DNA of 64,000 nucleotides, from NCBI GenBank assembly GCA_037076615.1, contig AP029158.1:69470-133469 (forward strand), in the 5' to 3' direction. Made by a program: the position numbers and the translations under genes. This document shows, piece by piece, positions 52,101-58,574 of the stretch. The notes under the pieces were generated by a model. It had not been told where the DNA came from. It was given only the letters and a program-made list of their open reading frames with translations, and did no database searches. How positions within the stretch are numbered: position 1 is the stretch's first letter; every line of letters starts with the position of its first letter. Source of the stretch: Candidatus Parcubacteria bacterium (GTDB lineage Bacteria > Patescibacteriota > Patescibacteriia > Patescibacteriales > UBA12465).

Positions 52101-53840
52101 GGTCTTTATGGCTACTGTTTAGAGCGCGACCCAGCGAATCCCAAAGTCTGCCAACTCTGGTACCCGGTTGATCAGATTTCTCCAGTGGCCCGTGTTTATC
52201 AATCAGAGCTAGGTTATAACGGCAAATTCCCGCTCTACTATTGTACGGAGGTAGATGGAAATTTCTCTTTTGTAGAAAAAAGAGTGGGGAAACTTAATGC
52301 TTTTGGGGCTCGCGAGAACTATGGCGAAGATTGGGTTTATAAAAAATTAGGTTTGGATGACGGAAGGCCTAATTTGCGACGTTGCAATAGTACGGAAATA
52401 ATTAATGGTACTGATGGTTGTTTGTGCTCAAATTCTGCAAGTATTAATGAAAGCGCCTGTGGTGATGGGTATACGGCCGTTTTCGCTGAGCCAGCTGGAA
52501 AAGCGTCGGGGCTCGATAGTGATTACATGGTATTCATCTATTGTATCCCCAAACAGTCAGAATTAGAGATAAAAACTGAGCGTAAGGCGTTTAACACTCT
52601 TAGTTATTTATCGTATCACGGCAGCTCTGCCAATTGTGACTTCGAATATTATGATGGCTGGGCTCCTTATAATGGTCTTTATAATAAGCCCTTTGCTTAC
52701 GCCAGAGACCCCCATACTGATGAACAAAGCGAGTTTGACAACAGTAATTTAGAAAATATCAATGAGAATAAGAATACAGAAGGATCAGAATTTAGTTCTA
52801 TTATGGTATTGCCAAATGGGCAAAAAGTCGCAAGCGCTTTAAAGCATGTTGCTAATAATAATACAATGGACTCCTTTCAGATAACTTGTAATAAATTCTC
52901 TCAATTCGCTGGCGATCAAGGCGAATCGGTTTCCTGGACTGGTAGAATTAGCCGTAATACTCATTTTTCTGAAACTACGCCAACCTTCTTCTCTTCTGTT
53001 TATAATTCCTTCGGGCGCAATCGTGCCGATGTGCCTTTTGGATCGGCCGCCCTTCCCGATGGCTTTAGCTTCGAAAAGAGTGGGGCTGTTTATTTGCGCA
53101 ATCAGTATTCACAAAAGAATAATGAAACTATCTTCGCTGGCCGCCCTTATGGCTGTGCTGGCTCAGGTTGCGTAAATATTGGCTATTGTGAATTAGATCC
53201 TAATGTTTATTGTTTGTATAAGAGTGGCGACACTGAATTTAATAAACTTACCTGTGCCTCCCGGGGTGGTGGCACTTGTAAACCGCTCTGGAACGCTATT
53301 CCTAGTGAAGCGACAGCCATGAACCAATTAAATAATTTATTTGTTAATCGATATAACAATTGGGTCTATAATCAAGCTAGCGGTTTATACACTCTTAATA
53401 ATTCCGACGCTGCCCGTTTCGTTTATGCTCGCCAGATGGGAGTTATTTCTTATACTGATAATCACCCTAATAATCTTAGTCAAAAAGTTAAACCTAGTAT
53501 TAACAATGTTAAACTTTCCGGTGTTAGTGGTGACAATATCTCGGTGAGTGGCGGGCGCTTAAATGTGGCTACCGGGCTTTATCGCCTCAATCTCAATACT
53601 AAAGTGAACTTAGAACAGCAGCCATTAAAGAGAATTACAATTGATTGGGGGGATGGCACCGCTCAAACGGTAGGGGGCTTAGACTACAAGCCGGATTCTA
53701 ATATTCCTCACGCCATCTATCATTATTATCTGAAAAATAATTATCAAATAAAGATTAAAGCGGAGGATAATTGGGGGGCGTGGCAATGCTTAGAAAGTAG
53801 TGGGACTGGTTGGTCAGAAAACGCTAATTGTGGCCTCTAA
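46134..53840 (+). CDS. giant secreted Cys-rich surface protein (2568 aa), no recognisable catalytic domain; PKD-like C-terminal module
   Basis: It is an uninterrupted 7.7-kb ORF. The signal peptide is LLLLLLSAFFVFNLNLQPAQA|V. It has about 86 Cys by hand count. The C-terminal ITIDWGDGTAQTV...HAIYHYY resembles a PKD/Ig-like domain. A hairpin terminator follows. Confidence 0.8.
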   Translation: MKNPSSSKIKAGSLLLLLLSAFFVFNLNLQPAQAVLTATAEVSSIPQILADTKLTIKEKLAKIWQTFGANLISTTVRNTLNRVAIDAAKYVASAGEGQKPTYVVEDFSEYWKNIGDAAAGDFIDGLGKAWEADLCQPPSPNIQAKIGLGLVQQLYPDKPDCTLSNLVNNYSSAYEKLAAMQSGDYLKGIKVSFDPGGSELSAAMTLFGRVKEVSTKAEEDEKDKNTITQGWLDVRNIAGKLESAPGQAKDDLEGAKEVQRENLLKTTGDHFVDATNIFLNQLAYESFQRVMREINKGKSTSQPLDVSRFDDLKSSGFESLVQYGETIVSEKLASVVKPRFDVRGDYSILGELVACPDLSNPGPNNCVIDDKFSQAIADKLTVGEALKEGYLHGDWQISGDPKSESTYNTRSASILRKYRIVPITWEEAFDYVAKNNVKATFQDLVSCFDGSDDYNQFSSDFTDRNASWCQGKIDPNWVLKAPLNYCAKEGAGSQILSSYVTPEVEGVSSLMISRATDYCADSQTCIKEKVDGSCELYGYCNEERRTWRFNTDTCEPVFNTCQTFTNATDNQALSFLENTLDYSTCDANNVGCREYYAQGSYDPTSGSFTWDKNYPLFLNNRAPSCEASDEGCTQFLRGKPGWDEVNYVMDGGFLLNQVGDTNSIVNWHWPIEGTSAAGEIVNDGGKALQVSGGNGVMLYSDEKGSVLPKNMTAVSSWSYTLSADVKIISGDKLTLTFGGPIKQVETDSRDWVRLSITQEKTSTLNFYLTGYGSNVKFLVRNLKLTPNGRQTAFSYYGKYPIYQKLLPNYLESLCYTSSATGNYTLKEGAPAICSDYARKCNKEDVGCDLFRSVGDNFEVAAKANESDYCDSQCDGYDIYIAKESSIFSASADNIIPELTTICAASEAGCASFTNLDKVEQGGEGIEYYSQLKQCVKPQEASCGDFYSWDNSQLVVMSLRQNPNGLPYLINPDTSADCSKEIYNLSPSDPRYNPDCREFYSKDGRITYHLISETVTCSDNCNSYRLNTKNYDSTLKQSECTGTDKNWDDFSKSCQVCKNGGLWDPQQKACVYKAIPQEGKTCGAASVGCREYNGKKGNALRVVETYTFEGQTEFSGGTSNSDSIFKEGKSLAVSGAAFTDAENYAKENAAYALKFLAKPLNAGASLRFSFVNADGESAVFGVTSTNDSGDLKLNGDWQTYELSLDNLDHRPATERLRVETTGGVLLDNLVVSEITDRYYLVKGSSAIPGVCSYDINDVYRGPNYNLGCAGYSDRSGGLHYLRQFSELCRDSAVGCELLVQTNNNSNFFSFTYNQKLKDSNWTSACEEGSVGCHLVPGNEAVYMIFNQSKQCNQAATGCTRLGTIQNNLGVSSWGQTFKRLQPDLYRDKNRSPLCQVNEVGCDAWLYENGSASYFKNPGTNTCFYRNGKWLQTPVKRCDANNNGQIDKNENTGVACVSNADCGGSQCLTDENDYECLVDYGRTLGLNGNLVPSPRNKVGLCSAEASGCTEYIDPLSEHASNLLYNPGGAKVDGNDRDGWGPGYQEVTLKANRLYTISVDGSVSGLRVAIVSEGDEENELRPLDRYNFLSAPTREIVVSNNQALFYVQNLINPGGSVRIRIYRSSYGSSIYLREAIINYQLKAQLDFKSCNGLVDVDNGCVLFNERSQSGANGLRANIYNALGTKKGQAPVSCSGNDCTANQIIKVEPDRVCSNWLSCQTYVEDPETGERTCYKIGECNELDDKNECSSFISHTNPSRDPMNPNNKNTTGYALLDNYYLGQMKEVGSHAEATFTFESNAYSLSCRRDINVPSSSKLAPEKSRPCVFDNGINGDSLVLGPDQATTDYPAEGVGYLKVLNYYQISPHSENSPISVSKGKTYFINYLINTKNSNASAKLIITDDKDQVVVTFVDRASDGWERKIKKFTAPASGLIKIFLTSDTDNLAQGYVYFDDIYIEPVLQVGEDKYIAKECRLYPEGDSLSCLSVNQNVIKDGLYGYCLERDPANPKVCQLWYPVDQISPVARVYQSELGYNGKFPLYYCTEVDGNFSFVEKRVGKLNAFGARENYGEDWVYKKLGLDDGRPNLRRCNSTEIINGTDGCLCSNSASINESACGDGYTAVFAEPAGKASGLDSDYMVFIYCIPKQSELEIKTERKAFNTLSYLSYHGSSANCDFEYYDGWAPYNGLYNKPFAYARDPHTDEQSEFDNSNLENINENKNTEGSEFSSIMVLPNGQKVASALKHVANNNTMDSFQITCNKFSQFAGDQGESVSWTGRISRNTHFSETTPTFFSSVYNSFGRNRADVPFGSAALPDGFSFEKSGAVYLRNQYSQKNNETIFAGRPYGCAGSGCVNIGYCELDPNVYCLYKSGDTEFNKLTCASRGGGTCKPLWNAIPSEATAMNQLNNLFVNRYNNWVYNQASGLYTLNNSDAARFVYARQMGVISYTDNHPNNLSQKVKPSINNVKLSGVSGDNISVSGGRLNVATGLYRLNLNTKVNLEQQPLKRITIDWGDGTAQTVGGLDYKPDSNIPHAIYHYYLKNNYQIKIKAEDNWGAWQCLESSGTGWSENANCGL

Positions 53841-53851
53841 TTTATTTACTA

Positions 53852-53880
53852 AGGAGCTCTCTTACGAGAGCTTCTTTCTT
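53852..53880 (+). terminator. hairpin terminator after the giant gene
   Basis: aggagctctc-ttac-gagagcttct forms a 10-bp stem with one G-U pair, followed by T-rich ttcttatttc. It starts 12 nt after the stop codon. Confidence 0.55.
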
Positions 53881-53971
53881 ATTTCTAATCAGTGTTTTTA
53901 GTTAAGAAAATTAGAATTTTTTAGTTTTGCCAAAGAGCTGCTTTTATAGTAAAATTAAAAAGTAATCATTG

Positions 53972-54000
53972 TTAAATTTAATCACGGTTTGTGGTATAAT
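53972..54000 (+). promoter_or_regulatory. candidate extended -10 promoter of the T4SS-like operon
   Basis: TG-n-TATAAT (tggtataat, 53992-54000) with a weak -35 TTAAAT (53972-53977) at 17-nt spacing. It lies 18 nt upstream of ATG 54018. A 10-bp perfect inverted repeat brackets the -10 element. Confidence 0.45.
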
Positions 54001-54017
54001 TTGATTAAATTAAGTTT

Positions 54018-54617
54018 ATGGGTGTTGACGAAAAGCTACTGGATATTAACAGAGAAGCGGAAGAAAAGGCTGGAGATTTGCAGGCCGCTAAAAGAGAAAT
54101 GTCTTTAGGCGCTACTCCAGAAGAAAGCGCCGGTTTGAGTTTACGTGAACAGGTTCAGGTTAGCCGACAAGAAGAGTTGCGTGCGAACAAGAAGCAAGAA
54201 AAAAACAAATCCTTAGAAACTAATCCTGTTCGACTCGCGACTGATTCCTTGCTAAAAGGAGCTTGGAAAAATTTAATTACCAGTTGGGGGCTGACTCTTT
54301 TATATATTGATTTGCATGTTATTTTGAATAAAGTTTTTGGAGATAAATTTTTTGGTCCATTAGGCGAAGAATGGACCCCGGCAAAAATTAGACACCTGAG
54401 TGGTAGTGAAATCAAAAAAACTGCCGGATGTTTAAAGGCCGGTGAGACTCCAGGTTGTGCTATTCTTAATTTATTGGTGCTAGCGATTATTATCGGCCTA
54501 CTCGCTTTAGTTTCTTTAATCTATTCCGTTATTTCCGACCCGGTGGGAACATTCTGGAAAATTTTGTCTGATTGGGTTTCTAAAAATTTATCTAGTTTCG
54601 CTGCTATATTCAAATAA
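54018..54617 (+). CDS. hypothetical membrane protein (199 aa), first gene of the T4SS-like operon
   Basis: It has a charged N-terminal ~90 aa and then hydrophobic segments (WGLTLLYIDLHVIL and AILNLLVLAIIIGLLALVSLIYSVI). I recognise no family. Confidence 0.5.
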   Translation: MGVDEKLLDINREAEEKAGDLQAAKREMSLGATPEESAGLSLREQVQVSRQEELRANKKQEKNKSLETNPVRLATDSLLKGAWKNLITSWGLTLLYIDLHVILNKVFGDKFFGPLGEEWTPAKIRHLSGSEIKKTAGCLKAGETPGCAILNLLVLAIIIGLLALVSLIYSVISDPVGTFWKILSDWVSKNLSSFAAIFK

Positions 54618-54635
54618 TAAAAATTACTAGCGGTC

Positions 54636-57500
54636 ATGAAAAAAAATAATTTTAAAAAGTTACCGAAGAAATATTATTGGTTGTTTGGCGCCACTCTTTT
54701 GTTAGCGGTTTTTTTCTTGGCGGAACCAGCCGCGGCTAGCTTTGGGGGTTGGGCCGCTGATATTGTTGGTGGCTTGATTGGAGTTTTGATTGGTGGCATT
54801 TCCGCAATTTTAATTTTGCTGGTGAATGTCTTTATGGACATTGCGGCTTACAGCGACTTTATTAATTCGCCAGCGGTGGTTAATGGGTGGATAATTGTTC
54901 GCGACCTTTGCAACATGCTTTTTGTTCTAATCTTGTTAGTAATCGCTTTTGCTACTATTTTGGGTCAGGAAAAATACAGCGCTAAAAATACGCTCCCAAA
55001 ATTAGTTTTAGCGGCGGTATTAATTAATTTTTCCAAATTAATTTGTGGTTTAACCATTGATGTCGCCAATGTTGTCATGCTCACCTTTGTTAATTCTTTT
55101 GCCGCTATTGGCGCTGGTAATATCTTAAATATTCTAGGAATTGAAAGAATAACCAAGCTCAGAGATGGTAGCGAGGTCAGTAATATTACTTTGGTCACCT
55201 CTTACATTTTTGGCCTGCTCTATGTGATTATTGCGACCGTGGTCGTAGCTTCAATGGTGGCGATGTTAGCTATTCGGGTGGTAATGATCTGGATCCTAAC
55301 CGTTTTATCGCCGTTGGCTTTTTTCTTGCAGGCGGTTCCCGGAAAAGGAGCCAGTTATGCCAGTAAATGGTGGGACGAATGGACGAAGAATCTACTGGTT
55401 GGTCCGATTCTCGCTTTTTTCTTATGGTTATCTTTTGCGGCTTTACAAACCGGCGCAAATCCTATTCAGTCCAGCGATGCTGGTGACAAGGAGTTGGCGT
55501 CCAGTCTTTCGGATTTAGACGCGGGGATTGCGACTGAGGGCGGACAAGTCTCCAACCTCGTCCAGTTTGTGATTGCGATTGGGATGTTAATTGGGGGTAT
55601 GACTATTGCGCAATCAGTGGGCGGTGCGGCTGGTGGCGCGATTGGTTCAGGGATGAAAGCTTTAAATAAAGGAAAGGCCAAAGTCTTTGGTGCGGGGGCA
55701 GCGATTGGTGCGGGTGCGGTCGCCTTAGGGAAATCCGGGGCAAAGTCTGCTGGCCGCCTTGCTTTAGCGGGGATTAGTAAAACGGGCGCCAAAGATTCTT
55801 TTGGTAAGCCAACTGGCAAATTACAAAAATTTGCGGCTGCTTGGAATGAGGATTTAAAAACTGACCGAAAAAACAAAAAAATAGCTTCTCGGCAAAAGGT
55901 TTTGCAAAAATGGGGTATTGGTGAAGAGAGTTCTAGGGCCGCCGTCTCAATTTTAGAAAATAACTCGGCCAAGGTTAAAAAAGCAAAGAAAGACAAAAGG
56001 GATTACGAAGCCAATCTAGGCCCTAATGGCAAAGCTGCTGATGAAGCAATGATTAGAGATTTCGAGTTTAGAAAAAAGAATGATGAAAGCCTAACGATGA
56101 ATCCCGAGGAGATGGCGGCTTTGGGTAGATTTAAAAAATATCGTAAGGATACAAAGAAAGCAGAAAAATCTGCATTTAAAAGAACCTCGGGGGCTTTAAA
56201 AAAATCTTTTGAAGAAAAAGATAAGGCTAAAGAAGAACGAAATCAGCGGCGCGTTGATCGGCTGGCGAAGTCAAAAAATCCATTTAAGGGTTATAATTAT
56301 TATGGAAATTATGGTTTAGATGATGACAATAAAGCTATTTTAGATGCCATGAACAGCGCCGCTCCTGGTGAAGCCGGTGCGGAGCTAAGAGATCGGCTTG
56401 CCGTTGGCTTAGATGCCAAGGATATATCCGACGAAGACGCTAAAAAAATTAATTTAAGCCTTGAGGCTTATAAAAAATCTGGTGCAAAATTAACAGGTTT
56501 AAAAGAGCTTGATGATAAACTTAAAAAGAAATTCACCGATGCCGTTGACGCTAAAATTAATTTTAAAGATTATGACCCTGAGATAATGCGCCATCGCCCT
56601 GGTCAAGGCGGATTAAAATATGACGCTTTTGGTAAAAATTCTCTCAAGGCCGCCGGTCAGCGCAGTGCCGATAAAGATATCATGACCTTATCTTTCGACC
56701 AACTAGATAAACATAATCAAGAAAGATCATTAGGTGCGGCTACCTTGGGTAAAGCGGCGGGGTCAGTTTTAACTGGAGATAATTTAAAGAAATCTCTGCC
56801 CGCTTTAAATAGTTTAATTGATAGCGAAGCTACCAAGATTAGACAACAAGCAGGTGCCAATCCTAGCTCCGAACAGGCTGCTAAAATCAGCCAGCTAGAA
56901 GCCATTAAGAGTCGCCTTGGTGACGGTAGCTTGGATAAGTTAGAAATAAAGAACTCGGATATTGAATATTTAGGCGAAACCGATTCAGTTAAGAGAGTTC
57001 GTAGCTATAACACGACGCAGCATGAAAAAATTCATGGCGCCGGATTTAAGGATGAGGGTTTAACCTATAAAGCAGCTGATCTCCTACAGGCTAACAAGCT
57101 GATTGGTAATATCCCTAATACTAATAAGCGCTACGATGAAGAACTAGGAAAAATGATGGCGAATATGTCGGCGGCAAAAATAGATAGTCAGCGAATAGAG
57201 GAGGCGATGATTAAGAAAATTGAAGACTGGCGCCTACCTAACGTTGATCGTGTCCTAGAAAGTGAATCGGGCGCGCGCTCTAACTTGGTGAAAGAAACCG
57301 GCGGCGCTTTGGATGTTGATGTTCTGGCGGAAAAGATTGTCGAGGGTTTTGATGATGTTGAAAGCGCCCTTTCCGAAAAACAGGTGGAAGAAATTAGGGA
57401 AGTTGCCAAGGAGTCCAGAGAAGTCAATATGACTTTAGAAAAAATGGTCAGAGAACAGGAAAAAAGGAGTCGAGCCAATCTTAGAGGTTATCTAAGCTAA
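54636..57500 (+). CDS. VirB6/TrbL-like polytopic membrane protein with Gly/Ala-rich segment and ~570-aa charged C-terminal extension
   Basis: It has a signal/TM segment plus at least 7 hydrophobic segments in aa 1-330. A G/A-rich stretch GGAAGGAIGSGM...GAGAAIGAGAVALGKSGAKSAG follows, as in TrbL tails. It sits in an operon with PrgI-like and VirB4 genes. The call rests on architecture and context. Confidence 0.5.
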   Translation: MKKNNFKKLPKKYYWLFGATLLLAVFFLAEPAAASFGGWAADIVGGLIGVLIGGISAILILLVNVFMDIAAYSDFINSPAVVNGWIIVRDLCNMLFVLILLVIAFATILGQEKYSAKNTLPKLVLAAVLINFSKLICGLTIDVANVVMLTFVNSFAAIGAGNILNILGIERITKLRDGSEVSNITLVTSYIFGLLYVIIATVVVASMVAMLAIRVVMIWILTVLSPLAFFLQAVPGKGASYASKWWDEWTKNLLVGPILAFFLWLSFAALQTGANPIQSSDAGDKELASSLSDLDAGIATEGGQVSNLVQFVIAIGMLIGGMTIAQSVGGAAGGAIGSGMKALNKGKAKVFGAGAAIGAGAVALGKSGAKSAGRLALAGISKTGAKDSFGKPTGKLQKFAAAWNEDLKTDRKNKKIASRQKVLQKWGIGEESSRAAVSILENNSAKVKKAKKDKRDYEANLGPNGKAADEAMIRDFEFRKKNDESLTMNPEEMAALGRFKKYRKDTKKAEKSAFKRTSGALKKSFEEKDKAKEERNQRRVDRLAKSKNPFKGYNYYGNYGLDDDNKAILDAMNSAAPGEAGAELRDRLAVGLDAKDISDEDAKKINLSLEAYKKSGAKLTGLKELDDKLKKKFTDAVDAKINFKDYDPEIMRHRPGQGGLKYDAFGKNSLKAAGQRSADKDIMTLSFDQLDKHNQERSLGAATLGKAAGSVLTGDNLKKSLPALNSLIDSEATKIRQQAGANPSSEQAAKISQLEAIKSRLGDGSLDKLEIKNSDIEYLGETDSVKRVRSYNTTQHEKIHGAGFKDEGLTYKAADLLQANKLIGNIPNTNKRYDEELGKMMANMSAAKIDSQRIEEAMIKKIEDWRLPNVDRVLESESGARSNLVKETGGALDVDVLAEKIVEGFDDVESALSEKQVEEIREVAKESREVNMTLEKMVREQEKRSRANLRGYLS

Positions 57501-57517
57501 TTAAAATTTTATCTAAA

Positions 57518-58564
57518 ATGGATCAAAATTATTTTAACTATTGCCTAGAGAAATTTAAGGACTTGCCGGATCCGGTTAGGGGGTTTTTAAATAGTCCGGA
57601 TACGGCGGTCATAATTAGGGAAATAGAAATTGATCATGAGGTTTCGCTTAGTTTTTTGATTGTATTGGTCGCCATTGACGAATTGAGTTTTGAAGATATC
57701 CCTAGTTATCTCGAGAAAAAACATCAAATCGATAAGAGTCGCGGGGAACTTATTGCTGCCGAAATTATTGATCGGGTTTTTGGTCCGCTCTTAAATCAGG
57801 AAGATTTGAGTGACGAGGCGGTTATTAACGATATTTTAGGGGAGCAGGCGTTAACTTTACCGTTAATTGATCGCCCTTTAGAAGAGCGGAGACAGTATAT
57901 TTTAGATATTTTTGAAGAAGAATTAGTCCCAACTTTACAGGCCAGCAATTCAGAGTTAAAAGAATTAAATCTAACTATCTTTAAAACCTTTAATGATGAT
58001 TTAAATCTTGAAGACCAAGTCGAATCCCTGCTTTATAAAAATCAAGAAAAATTAACAACTAAGAGCATAATTTTAGATGGGCATCCGGCCGCCCCGACCG
58101 TCGCCAATTGGTTAAAAGATTTTATTAAAATATATGGCAGCTCTTTGTTTAGTGAAATTTCTTTGGCGGAGTATTTAGTTAAAGCTTCGAATCTGAAAAA
58201 ATTAGCGAGTGCCGAAAAAGAGTTGGTGCGTAAACTTTTAAAGCTTTATCGTAATTTAGTTTTCTTTCCGGAAAGCATGGACGGAATTTTATTGGAAAAT
58301 TGGGAATTGTTTCCACTAGATGTGGCAGCAAATGATTCTTTGACCGAAACAAATAAACTCTTAAGGACGGCTACTTCTGCTCTGGTAGAAAAAGAATCCC
58401 GTCCGGCTTCTGTCTCTGCCGAAACTGCTACTACCGTCGCTCCCGTTAATGAAAAAGGACAGCTGATTCAAAATTTACAAAAAAGCTTGGTTAAATATTC
58501 TGTTTCCAGTTTAGAGTATAAGGCTTTGCAACAAGAAATAAATCGCTTAAAGCGAGAAGATTAA
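57518..58564 (+). CDS. hypothetical protein (348 aa) sharing an N-terminal ~85-aa domain with the next gene
   Basis: It has no TM or signal peptide. The N-terminus LEKFKDLPDPVRGFLNSPDTAVIIREIE...IPSYL...RVFGPL aligns with the N-terminus of the 554-aa protein. Confidence 0.5.
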   Translation: MDQNYFNYCLEKFKDLPDPVRGFLNSPDTAVIIREIEIDHEVSLSFLIVLVAIDELSFEDIPSYLEKKHQIDKSRGELIAAEIIDRVFGPLLNQEDLSDEAVINDILGEQALTLPLIDRPLEERRQYILDIFEEELVPTLQASNSELKELNLTIFKTFNDDLNLEDQVESLLYKNQEKLTTKSIILDGHPAAPTVANWLKDFIKIYGSSLFSEISLAEYLVKASNLKKLASAEKELVRKLLKLYRNLVFFPESMDGILLENWELFPLDVAANDSLTETNKLLRTATSALVEKESRPASVSAETATTVAPVNEKGQLIQNLQKSLVKYSVSSLEYKALQQEINRLKRED

Positions 58565-58574
58565 TTTTTCCTTC

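Noticed and set aside
55466-55996. 176-aa antisense ORF inside the VirB6-like gene
   Set aside because: It is the complement of the Gly/Ala-rich coding stretch (GC-rich codons keep the reverse frame open). There is no independent support.
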